A DNA stretch of 64,000 nt from contig JAQGDQ010000833.1 in the NCBI GenBank assembly GCA_030141605.1, positions 1 through 64,000 on the forward strand, in the 5' to 3' direction. Position numbers and translations under genes: made by a program. This stretch comes from Tubiluchus corallicola (Eukaryota > Animalia > Priapulida). Below the pieces are notes generated by a model. The model was not told the DNA's origin and did no database searches. It saw only the letters and a list, made by a program, of their open reading frames with translations. Of the stretch, positions 45,801-58,344 are shown one piece after another. The number at the start of each line of letters is the position of its first letter. The stretch's first letter is position 1.

Positions 45801-48800
45801 ATGGAACAACTGGATACTGATGGTTCAGCGAATCTCGCAAACGTTTACCTGCAAACGGCAGTAGATTTCATATATAATACAGGTATTTTTCCCTTGTCTA
45901 CCTTGAACACTGAACAGTGATAAGTAACTTTAGATATTTGTCCGTTACTCTTGAGGTGACAAACAAGAATCTCTGTAGCATAAGGCAGTTTTTGTATGCA
46001 GTGTCAGTATTCATAAAATGTATATATGTTGTTATTCGAAATATTTCTGGGTGTCAGTCTAAAACTGCCAGAAATGGCTGAAGTCGATCAAGTACAGAAA
46101 AGGGGGAATTTGTTCAAATTTGACATTTAGCAAAATGAATCTTTACCTTTGGAACAAGTGCTAGGGTGAGAGTTTTGGGGTAAGTGCTCAGTGTTCCCAC
46201 GGTCAGGGAAAATCCTGTAAAATCCTTGAAAATACAGGCTATCCTGGAAAGTCATAAAAAGTCAAGGAAGAAGATAATTTGGTAAAAAGTTGGGGAAAAT
46301 GATGAAAATGGGGCAAAAATCCTGGGGAATTGGAAAGGGTTGCAAAAATAATCACTGTGAACCGATATTTTTCCAAATATATTTTTCAGCGATTCGTGTT
46401 CAAATAAAATTTTGCTATGACAGGCTCCCAGTTTCGATTTCTGTTCCAAAAGTAATGATCGGGTTAAGTAAATTTATTTAATGTGATTAGTGTAATTTCA
46501 TTATCACTACTGCAACTGTGTCGACTCAGTATGTGTATGAATGTCCGTACACAAAAATGTTTGAATATGTATACTGCTAATACAATTTCTGTTTATCCTG
46601 GTCAGGGAAAAGTCCCGAGAATTTATTTCAAAATTCTGTGGGAACCCTGAGTGCTAGGGTAACAGTTTAGGGGTAAGTGCTCTGGGTCCCCCACTGTCAA
46701 GGAAGATACTGTAAAATTTTTGAGAATACAGGCTATACTGGAAAGTCAGGGAAAATTCATGAAAATTTATTTTAAAATTCTGTGGAAACCCTGACTGTCA
46801 GCATTGCAGTTTTGGTGTAAGTAACAAAGATTCTACATTTTCCCCTTTCGATCAAGTTTTATTTCCCAAGTTGTTATGTACATTTTAGTTTTCCTAGAAG
46901 AACCTATTGATAAGATACCTAACTTATTTAGGAGGTAAACATAAACACATCGTCTTGAGAATGTATTTTTTGAGAATTTTAAAATCCAGACAAGCATCAC
47001 AATCTGTTTACTTATGTTACGTTCAATTTTTGTTCTTTGCTTATCCTCGCATTTCTACAATTCACTTTTCAAGATTGTATGAATCGTTTAGCCATTTTTG
47101 TTTTTTTCACTTTATAAATCAGTTGTGCAGTTGAATATAATTGTTCTTCTTCATATGCGTACATCTTTTTTGTGCTTTTCAGGGCAGCACGGTAGAGGTG
47201 GTATTCCAGCTGCTATGCTACAGTCACATAATAGTGGTCGCCAGAATTTACGATCTGATCAGTACGATAGAACCGAAATGCAAATTTACCCCCCGCAGCA
47301 TCATCACCACCATCATCATCACAAAAAGCGAAGAAAGAACTTACCCGTGGAGCCGTATCCGTTTCCCACGAACTTTTGCAATTTATTGCACTCCTCTCCG
47401 CCGCCCGTACCGCCTAGTCTGCTGAATCCCACCGGATCGAAGGAACGCAAGCAGAAGGTGAAGGTGTTCCTCCGCATCTGTCCCTCCGAATCAAACTCCT
47501 CTTTTTTTGAGATTGACGAAAAGCGACTGCAAGTGACGGTCACGGATCCTTCGTGTAACACGACCACCCTTTCCCATCGTCGTCCGGGAAACGCGCCGAA
47601 GATGTTTGCGTTCGATTCTGTGTTTTCGCCCGATATTTCTCAGAGTGAGATATGTGCTGCCGCGCTCGTTGACACCCTTCAAGCTGTAGTGGGCGGAAAG
47701 GACGGTTGCGTGTTTTGTTACGGACATGCAGCAGTTGGCAAAACTTATACTATGATAGGAAAGGATGATTCCCCGCAAAGCCTGGGAATTATCCCCTGTG
47801 CTATTTCCTGGTTATTTACACTGTTAAATGAACAGCGACAATCCTCCGGTGCTAGATTCTCGGTCCGCGTTTCTTCGGTAGAAGTTACTGGCCGTGGCGA
47901 ACTCTTAACAGATTTGTTATCTGAGCAGTCCCGCGGTGCTGAGAATTCTAACTGCATTGCACCCAGTTTGTTCTTGAGGGAGGATCCCTTCTATGGGACG
48001 CACTTGCAGAATTTAAGTGAGCTTCGAGCGCCATCTGTAGAGAAAGCCTCGTACTACCTTGACGCTGCATTGTCGGCTCGCGCCAGGTCAAGTGGCTGTG
48101 ACGCCAAGAACTCGCATATGTTGTTCACGTTGAATGTTTATCAATATCGGTTAGAGGAGTCGTCTAAAGGGGTGGCCGGTGGTCGCAGCTGTTTGCACCT
48201 CATTGACTTGGGAAGCTGCGAAAAGCAAAGCAAACTGAAGCGCGAAGAAGACAAATGCTTGTCATTGTCTGCCCTCGGCAATGTCATCAACGCTTTGGTT
48301 AACGGAATAAAACACGTTCCGTATCGGAGCAGCAAGCTAGCTCAGTTGATGAGAGAAGCATTAGGAAGCGCATCGTGTAGGTCTGTCCTCATAGCCCACG
48401 TGTCATCCAGTGCCGTGAACTACAGTGAAAGTTTGGCCGTGATACAGTTAGCTGCGCGAATCCATCGAATGCGAAGGAAGCGGGCGCACGCCAGATGCTC
48501 GGGCAGTTCTGGGGGCAGTTCTTCGGAAGAGGGTCGATTGCCTAGTGTCACCCCACTGAAATATTTGAACACCGTGCGAGACGGAAAACCGAATCTCTCC
48601 AGTGATCCAGACATGTCCAGTAGCGAGCAGTCGTGTGACACTGTCATTTACGTCGGACAGAATGGGGTCCTGTTAAGCGACAAGGATTTGACCGATAATG
48701 AAGGCCCACCACCATTACATTCAGCGTCAAGTCAAAGATATCCAATGAAAGGACATCAGCATGTTTTGTCAGACAAGACGAATTATTCATTGAATCAAAA

Positions 48801-51099
48801 TGATGAATGGCTGTGTGGTGATGACATTCAAAACCCGATATCTATGGGGCTTTGGAACTGTATCCCAGCTGACGCATTTCCTTCCCATCTGGCTACAAGA
48901 AATTGGAATGCAAGTAACAGTGTTGTTGATGATAGACAGGAACATTGGATTGACGGCCCTAAAGGACAACACAGAAGTCGTTTAATGTACTTAAATAATA
49001 CTGCAGAGCCGGCATTTCCATGGGTTCATGGCATTAGGCGTAGCATTAATCAAACGCGTTTGGAAGAACATTGGATTGATGGACCAACGTCTCCTGTTAA
49101 AGAGGAATGTTGGATAGATGGTCCGAAAGGAAAACTCGGAAAAGTGAAAATTGGCAGAACAGAACATTGGGTCAAGGGCGAATCAGATCCGTTTTTGAAA
49201 GCTAGTCGTGTAAAACTCTCCGAGCAAGAACCAGTGAGTCTTGCAAATCTTGGAAGTATATTGAATGATGACCACTCTGAAGAGGTGTGGCTCGATGCTG
49301 CACCGCACAATATTGAGAATCAAGCAGAAAAAGTGCTGTACTTGTCAACATTGTCTGAAGCAGATACCGTTTCGGATTCTACTGATATGCTGATGTGCGA
49401 CGGAGAGAGTAGCGATGCACTAAGTGCATTGAGTGCCGACAGTATTCGACGCGACACCATGATTGAGGGATCAGAGTTTAGCGTAAGCTTCATAGATTCT
49501 GAGCCACGCAATGGCGGGGGAGAGTACTTTACCATGAAGTCTAACGACAGTGATGCCAACTCCATACTTAGCTTCAATTCTGACTTGAAGGAGAAGTTCG
49601 GCGACTCTTTCGCATTTGCCCAAGATGGCTTGGCTTCTAATGCAAGCTCAGATGATTTCAGTATTCGTAAAGCTATTTCGGATTGGTCTGCAGAATTGGC
49701 GAGCAAGATGCGGACGGAAGGTAGTCCGGAACGAATCTGCAGTCACTTGGAAGAAATAGAGGCGACATTCGCGAAATTGCAGGAAGCGTCCATCAGTGAT
49801 TCTGTAAGTATGGAGAAGAGCGCTAATCAAGAAAGTCAGCTTGTTGACCAACAAAATGAACCAATATCTGCTAGAAAAACTACCAATGAACTTTGTAGTG
49901 ATTTAGAAGAAAATGAGGATACGGTATGGATGGCTGTTGATAAATTAGTATCAAGTTGTGAGGAAGAATTGGGGATCGTTAAAACGGCATCTAAATTAAC
50001 TTTTCTACAGGCTGAAGAGATGCTGCCAGTTAAGCTACATAACGAAACGATGGAAAATGTCTTTTCTGTGCCCGAAACGCGACCACAGCCAGACGGAGCC
50101 AGTAACCCAGGACTTCCGGCTGACAGTTTAAAAGACACCGATGTTGATGCTTTGGACGACTTGGATCCGGAAACTGAGAAAACTCTGAGAGCAAAGATTA
50201 GCACAATAGTTGAACAGAACAAGCCGCGAATACAGCCGAAGTATAATCAAGGCATTGTAAGTGAAAGTGCGGTAATGTATAATAACGACCTTTCCAAGAA
50301 TTTTGGTTCTTTGAAGTCAAGTCGACCTAGTAAACTGCCTCAGGCCATCTCTTTGCAGAAGTACAGTACACTGTCTACGAACATGTCATCTGATGTGACT
50401 AAATCTGGTAAAGTGACTGCAGCTGTAGATGGTGCAAAAACTCGTTCCAATGTAACACCGGAAAGAGTGCTTATAGGTTCCTTGAACGCTGGCAGCGAGA
50501 GAAGTGGTGTGTCGAAGCTTCCTCGGGCTGTAAAGTCTTCCCAACCACCTGAAATTCCTGCCAAACCCAAAAGGGATAAATTACTTCTCAGATCTAGTCA
50601 ACAAGTAAATAGAAGTGGTGCCAAACCTAGTGATAGATTAAGAGCAGAGGGTTCTAGCAGTGGCTATGAGAGCATGCCACAAGATGGCGGGCAGGACAAT
50701 ATGGCTGCCGGCCTGCTATCGGCCATTGCAAGTGATGATACATTCTTGAGTGGTCACTGTAGTAACAGCCACACTAAACAGGAAACCAACGAGACAGGAA
50801 GTCGAGGAGGTTCGAGGAGGGGTCTTCAAGACAAGGCCAAGAAATGGACAGAAGCCACTAAAAAGAAGATAACTGATCTCAGGTTGCGACAGCAGTTACT
50901 GACGGCAGAATTATCCGAGGCTAAAAAGTTACTCATGGTTGAGAACTGGAGCAGCGAGTGCCATGCTGCGGATATGGAAGAGAACGATAGTCAATCGTTC
51001 TTGGATTTACTGGAAAAGGAAACACAGATTCTAGACAAGAGAGTCCAAGCTTGCAAATCTCACATCATGATGGTGACGTGTTTCGATATCTCTGTGTAA
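45801..51099 (+). CDS. KIF26: Kinesin-11 family protein KIF26/VAB-8-like, ~1332 aa, 2 coding exons
   Basis: join(45801..45882,47183..51099), phase-1 GT-AG intron; KVKVFLRI, PKMFAFD, GHAAVGKTYTMIG, LHLIDLGSCE, SSSEQSCDTVIYVG, SSGYES and C-terminal CKSHIMMVTCFD are KIF26 hallmarks; the small first exon is less certain than the large one. Confidence 0.93.
46190..46793 (-). mobile_element. MITE family D plus an adjacent internally deleted copy
   Basis: CAGTGTTCCCAC...GTGGGAACCCTG (46190-46649), then a repeat of the flank AGTGCTAGGGT...GGGGTAAGTGCT and a short copy ending GGAAACCCTG. Confidence 0.75.
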
Positions 51100-52980
51100 G
51101 TATAAATGTATTGTATGTGTACACTGTACAGATATTATTATTATTATTATTATATACCACATTTATGTATGTATAATATTGTATATTGTTACAATAAAAC
51201 ATCCTATTCTATTTTAGTTAATACAGTTAGGTCTATTCACTTAATTACATAAGCTACATGAGTAAGTAAGTAAGTATCTTTATTTTATCACCTTTTTTAC
51301 AAGAAAAACACCGAGCATGAAGCGATAATATGATACAAAGTGACAAGATTATTAAATGAATAAATTATCTGAGTTAATGATATTCAAGTGATTGGTGAAA
51401 GGGTGGCGAAAAACATCAAGTTACCAAAGTCAACCACCCTGTAAGTAATGTAACTATTAGTAATTAATTATATGCGCAATTATCTTGACGAAGATTTCAG
51501 AATAAGGTGTGATAAATGGAGCATACAGTTTACTGCTCACAAAGTATTTTGAAGTCATGAAGTATTTTAACGTAAAAAAATCCTGTTTAATGACACAGGC
51601 AAATCTGTAAAAGCATCTTCTAAGGTATTTTAAATATAGTCGTAATGAAACTCGTATGTTATGTAAATATATTGTATAACTACATTTATACAAACTGTTA
51701 TCACTAATGCGTTGTATGTGCTTGGCTATGTGTAAGACTTTTGTGAGCAGTGTGGTTCATTGTTTATCACACGCTTACTAAGAACAATTTCTTTAGCTGT
51801 GTTTACATTATTTTCTATGACATTATACTGCCTGTGTAATAGAATACTTGAACACATATTCGTGTGCTTGCAAGGCAAAATTGTGCATAAGTCGCCAATT
51901 AAGCTTTTTTAGTTATTCACATATTCTGAATCTCCATTTCATGATACCAAGCTCATCGCTCTATGTTATTTCTAAGCTGAGATAATCCACATTGAAGTTG
52001 AGGTGCTGGTTGCGCACTGAAAAATGTAACCTTGAGAAAATCACTGTTAAAATTAGCCATTGTTTTTTATCGCATTTCTATAAAGCACTTAGCAACCGTA
52101 CAAACTTTGGTTGCTATGGACTTTGCAAGAGCACATTGAAGTTATGCTCAAATCCAATAGATGGCCCTTTCTGATGAAGATCTGGGCTTGTCAACAGAAA
52201 AAACCCGAAACATACTGACTGCTTCGACGAGCTACTATTGGAGTTTGAAAATACAAATTTTTTTACAATTGCATTACTAGTTTCTAGAGAGAAAAGTGAG
52301 TACAGGCAAATAAAATTAGATTTTTAGTATCTTTTAAACATTTTCTTGACAATTCGATGCTACAGTATTAAAAGTCCAATATATTTAGCATTTGTTTCTA
52401 AAAAAAACAAGAAATTAACATGTGGATCCAAATTTTTGGTGCATTCTACTTTGAGGCATCACAACGTAGTTTTAACCATGCCGACTCATGGACGGTTTTG
52501 GTTTGCAAGCCCACATTTTGTTTTAAGAAATTATTTCATTTGCGATATTTGGTTGACAATGTTCTCTCATTAATTTTTGCTATTTTGCTAATTTCATACC
52601 ATTTTATATGTCACTATATTTTGTCAATTATTGCCAAATCTAGAGGTTGTTTTTTTTTTGTACTTGAGCTGTGGTTTTTGACAATACATAGTGTGTGATT
52701 TCACACCTTTGTGTAATATACAATCTACTTCCTTTATTTATTATTATTTATACTCTGTTTTAGTGTGATGAGGTACGTTACTCCCACTCCCTTAGTAGGA
52801 AATTATTTATCTATATCATAAATACGTACAATGTTGAATGTGTCAGCACTTAAAATCGTGGTTGTTGTGTTTATTGATGCTTCTTCACTTGCATTGAAAC
52901 TAGTTTATGACATAATTGTGACATCGTGACCAACTCTTGTGCGTTTGGTAATTATTTCTGTCCTTTGTGAGGCATATACT

Positions 52981-53419
52981 TAGGGTTACCATACGTCACG
53001 GCTTCCCCGGACACGTCCTCTTTTTGGGCCTCTGTCCGGGCGGGTTTTCAAAAAATCGGCAGTTTGTCCGGGTTTTGCCTCGATCCGTAAGTATGTACGG
53101 ACGCTGCCAACTGTAGAGGCGTACGACAGTACGAGACAAAGAAAAGCTCGTTAATTTTCAATACAAGATGTTGCTAACATCTCAAAATGCAACCCTTGTA
53201 AAAGTTTTGTGTACATATTTACTGAACAAAAGTAAGCAATGCGCACATGGGTCTCACGACTCACACCGCTGTCGATACTCGGCGTATTCGCTAACGACTT
53301 AAAATGACGTCAGCTTTTATTTGCATTGTTTTAATACACCCTAGACTGGTCATTTTTGTCTACTTACAAGTTTGCGAAAAAGTGTCCTCTTTTTCAACTC
53401 GGACAATATGGTAACCGTA
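52981..53419. mobile_element. hAT-type MITE
   Basis: TIRs TAGGGTTACCATA / TATGGTAACCGTA; 8-bp TSD CATATACT. Confidence 0.9.
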
Positions 53420-55142
53420 CATATACTGCCATACATTACGTGTTGATCATGTCGTGTTTCGAGTGATTACTTCTGCATTGTTGATGACGTGAAATTCTGT
53501 AGTCTTGTGTGCCAATGATGACCAAATTGATGATCTTTTAGTTTGGTTACAGCTCTATTACGACTTACAAATCATGTATTACTCTTAACTCAGGTTCTGT
53601 ACAAATCAATATTGTTGCCATTCTTTCATGAAAATTGTGAATGTGTACAGATTTTTTTACTTTTTCTAGTAATAATTACTGTATAGCATTATTGGGGTAT
53701 GTTAACACAATTATAGCACTATTTGTCTATTGGGGATATTCACATTTATATATTCTAGTGACAGCGAATGACTTCTATTGGAAATGGGAATAATTCATGT
53801 GAAAACACTTTAAATTATTATACTGTATTTATTATATTTACTGATAGATGGAGCTTCCATAGGATTTCTGCTATCTCATAATTTTAGCTGCGTAAGTTTC
53901 TGTATTGCAAGTTTGCTGATATATGCATTTCATTAATAGCACTAGCAGTATACACTTATGTCATATGCTAATAATATTTATCATTGACATTAATTTTTTC
54001 TGTACGTTATAATTAAGGCCAGTGTCATTTTGCATTGAAACAGCCAATGCTACTACATGAAGTAATTTTGTTTGCATTTGTAACTAAAGCCGTATAAATG
54101 TGTCTGCTAGCATGTATTATAAACGATTAAATGCTACCTGAATTACATATTAGTTATCGTTATCACCAGTGATATTGATTCTAATACGTACGTTATACAT
54201 TTATATATCTTATAAATAGGTTTACCACTGCGTGACTAAATTTGAAGTTCTACTTAGCACTTAAGAATGAAACACTTTATTATTTAGTACAATTATAATA
54301 TTTATTTCGGCAATTATGTGTAAGTTTTAATTTTAACCAGGAATTTTTTTAGTATTTCTTGCTGTTGTTGCCCCAGTTGATCCTAGTCAATAAATCCATT
54401 AAATAAACAGCGTGAGAACGTTCGGCTTTTATTTGATTTTGTGACATAAAGTTTCATTTAATAGCATAATTCTTCTTACCTTGTATAAATTGTAACAAGA
54501 TTTCAAATCAGAATGGATCCTTACCTAAACCATTTCAACGTCATGCATGGCTCGTACTCATCCTATAATTCCTATATTTTGGGGTTATGTCCTATAATTC
54601 CTATATTTTTTGGAAACGTCCTATAATTCCTATATTTTTGGGGTTATGTCCTATAATTTCTATAAAATCATGAATTCTCAATGAGATGAGAATGTTATTG
54701 GTATTTTTCGTGCGCCTTCGGTGCACATAACCACAATTAGATATTACAAGTACATATCCAGATGTGCATAAGCCGCTCAATGACAATACCAACTTCAACC
54801 AAAGAATGCTCTCTAGGTAGTAAGAAATCATTTACTTTTGCAAAGAAATTGTGAAAATTGCTGTTGTGTAAGGTTAGAAACTTTCATTTTTAAGGAAAAA
54901 TGTCCTATAATTCCTGTATTTTTTTCAAAAAATGTCCTTTATTATTTTAGAATAATGACCTACATTTTTGAAAAGTAGAGTACGACCCCTGAACATGATT
55001 TCTGAGACAAAGTCTTACAAAAAACTTGTATTTAAGAGGTGCATTATGCCATAACGGGTGACATCTGTTGACAGGAAAGAGAAAAAGACTGTCGCTCTTT
55101 CAGTTTTGTTCTTGTCAGAAATTTAGGATAAATGTGTTACTT

Positions 55143-55353
55143 TAGTCATTGCTGTATCAGCCTGTGTGACATTATGACAGGGTTGCCATCTTGTATAGTC
55201 ATTGCTGTATCAGCCTGTGTGACATCATGCCAGGGTTGCCATCTTGTATAGTCATTGCTGTATCGGCCTGCGTGACGTCATGCCAGGGTTGCCATCTTGT
55301 ATAGTCATTGCTGTATCGGCCTGCGTGACGTCATGCCAGGGTTGCCATCTTGT
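55143..55353. repeat. 53-bp tandem repeat (4 copies)
   Basis: Unit TAGTCATTGCTGTATC...CAGGGTTGCCATCTTGTA; contains a hAT-like terminus CAGGGTTGCCA. Confidence 0.9.
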
Positions 55354-56247
55354 GTTATGCTGGCTATCGTATTAGAGACTAAAAATTCGCATTGTTCACC
55401 AAATTGTCGTGTTTCCGCCCAAAATCCAGAATTGTTGCAAATTCCAACAAATTATTATTAATATGCATGTAATAAGTAAGTATAAGACCAAACTGGCATG
55501 TTTAGAAATGTAAAATCAAATTTATTAGGACCTAAGAAATTTGAATTTTTATCTTAAACCTTGCCTAGTTTTAGTACAACACACTGAATATCTTACAGTA
55601 GCGCTGTACTTCAATTTTCGCTTTCGCAAACACGTGCAACACGCTCGTGGAATATTTTTGCTGTTGAAAATTATGTTAGGTTGCGATGTCATCAATAGTT
55701 GGGCTCGCCCGCCATTAATTAAGTTTTTAATCTATTATTTAATTATCAGAAATGCTTTTGCAGTATCAATTGTGTTAAAATCTATACTTTTTAATGGACT
55801 TTAAAATGGGGCAGTAAACAAAAAATCATCCTGTTTTCATTTAACCGTACGGTATGAAGCTTCAAATGATTGTATTTTCCGTTAATTATTGTATGTACAA
55901 ACGCCAACCAAGAACAGAACTTGTGATCCTAGAATGTGTATTGTTTGTCAAGTGCACGAGAGTAAGATAACAATAAAACACCAAGATAGTTTAATGTAAA
56001 AACAATTATCGTTTATTTTTTATTCCATTAACAGTTTAGTTGTATATTATATCGTTAAGAATCTAGCAGCTGCTTAAAGCCAAAAGAATAAGTTGCGAGA
56101 AAATGTGCATTTGAATCCACAGCTAAAAATATCTTTACATTAATCAGTATTAATATTAACAATCTAATTATACCATTCCTATGTACAACAGTATTGGCAT
56201 ATCAATATGCTTCATGAAAATTTGATGCAATTGAAATAAATCGCTTG

Positions 56248-56649
56248 TAGGGGTGAGCATCGAACGTTCGAGTTCGAACGTCTGAATCGAATTTGAACGT
56301 TTGAGTTCGATTCGAATGAGTTTTTCTAATTCGAATTCGACTCGAACCTAAAATCATAGATTCATGTAATTCACCACTTTAGCCACGTATGTTTGAAACA
56401 GCTTGTATTTACCAGAATTTAGCTGCAGTTTCTGTGCAAAATTTTTAACAAACTAATAGCGGTTCTACTGAAGAAGAAAACGAGTAATATGCATGATCTT
56501 TGTAAGACCACTTTTTACTACTGGTTCAAAAATCTTTCAAATTCAATTCAAATTCGATTTGGATTCAAAATACTAAAATTCGATTCGATACGAACTCGGA
56601 AGTCAATAATTCGATTCGATTCGCTTTCTAGTTGAGAATGTTCACCCCG
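56248..56649 (+). mobile_element. hAT-type MITE (TTCGAA-rich family)
   Basis: TAGGGGTGAGCATCGAACG...TGTTCACCCCG. Confidence 0.85.
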
Positions 56650-56785
56650 GAGAAATTCACTTCAGACTTATAAATCGAATAATACTGCAGTACAGGTTCT
56701 TAACTGTCATCAACGATTCGTAATATTGGTACAACATATACAGTTTCGAGCAATTGAGCTCTTGCAAAAATGTCTATTTAAGTAA

Positions 56786-57530
56786 GGCATTGTTCATGAA
56801 CATAAATTATTTAATACGAGACACAAATCAAATGCGTAATTCTAGGACTGTTAAAATTCTATAAAATGCTTAGCGACCGCACAAAACTTGATTGCTATGG
56901 ACCTTGCAAGAACACGATGAAGTCATGTTTAAATAAAGTAGATGGCTCTTCCTGGTGAAGATCTGGGCTTGGCAGCAGAAAAAAAACCCCGAAACAAAAT
57001 CATTGCTTCCATGAGCTACTATCAGAGTTTGAAAATACGAGATCTTTACAATTGCAGTAGTAGTAGTTTCTATCTATGGTATTGTCGATGAATATAAATT
57101 ATTTAATAGACCCAATTTTACAATTGCAGTAGTAGTAGTTTCTATCTATGGCATTGTCGATGAATATAAATTATTTAATAGACCCAATTTTACAATTGCA
57201 GTAGTTGTAGTTTCTATCTATGGCATTGTCGATGAATATAAATTATTTAATAGACCCAATTTTACAATTGCAGTAGTAGTAGTTTCTATCTATGGCGCTG
57301 TCGATGAATATAAATTATTTAATAGACCCAATTTTACCATTGCAGTAGTAGTAGTTTCTATCTATGGCGCTGTCGATGAATATAAATTATTTAATAGACC
57401 CAATTTTACAATTGCAGTAGTAGTAGTTTCTATCTATGGCGTTGTCGATGAATATAAATTATTTAATAGACCCAATAACATAAATAGCAATAAATTAAAT
57501 GAGAATTCCTAGGACTGTTAGAAGTATAAA
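56786..57530 (+). repeat. ~290-nt head-to-tail element with a hammerhead-like core, whose junction is amplified as a 72-bp minisatellite (6 copies, 57045-57476)
   Basis: 72-bp period (CAATTG at 57049, 57121, 57193); monomer restart at 57078; dispersed partial copy at ~52075-52290. Confidence 0.75.
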
Positions 57531-58344
57531 CAGTTGCTAAATGTGTGGACAATGCGGTTAGCAGTTTTTGCATTCACCACACTTACAACTGACATAATGC
57601 AAACAAAGTGACATAGGACAGAGGGATGGCTTCAAAACTTGCAATATGTAAATTCAACATTTCGTACTTGTTAAATGCATGAGTGTTACATCAAAACTGG
57701 ATACCGAAATTCAGTTACTTGGCTAGACTGGAACATACGTCTGCTGCGTAGTAATTCTGCATGTTTGCTTTGCGGTTAACTTGGCTAGACTGGAACGTAC
57801 GTCTGCTGCGTAGTAATTCTGCACATTCGGTTCGCGCTCTGGGATGAAAGGAGAAATTTCGTAACAATAATCCTTTTCACAGTTTCGTTTTGCGCAAGCG
57901 CACAGTTGATGTAGGTCAAAGGTTAAGCATACCACATCAACAACAACCATCACGTGACGTGTAGGTAAAAAAAGCCGTCTGTCATATCAGTTCAGCAACT
58001 TCAGTTGTTTTACGTGGACTTTACTTAATCATGCATTAGTCTGTGCGTAGAGTGATTTACTAGAGTGCGTAGAGGAGCTTGCGTGGGAACAAGAAAAAAT
58101 GAACTAGGTAAAGTTCTAGCTAGTTGTTAATACTGTTACTGCAGGGCATTGTCAAGTGTAGTTAGTGTGCACAAATATGCTGTCTGGTGCACTTAACCTT
58201 TGACCTTTTCACGATCATCATCAATCGCTGGAACTGTGAAAAGGCTTATTAAGCAACGCATGGAACAAATGCTGGATGAGTTTCCATGTATTACATACAA
58301 ACAGCCCTATTTCATTAATTACTACAGTTAATAATTAGTTACAT

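Noticed and set aside
47098-47182. N-terminus of the 1333-aa ORF as given in the ORF track
   Set aside because: Starts at a non-ATG codon within a pyrimidine-rich intron end; the exon begins at 47183 after TTTTCAG.
49050-50570. Antisense ORFs inside KIF26
   Set aside because: Shadow frames of a long coding exon with no independent support.
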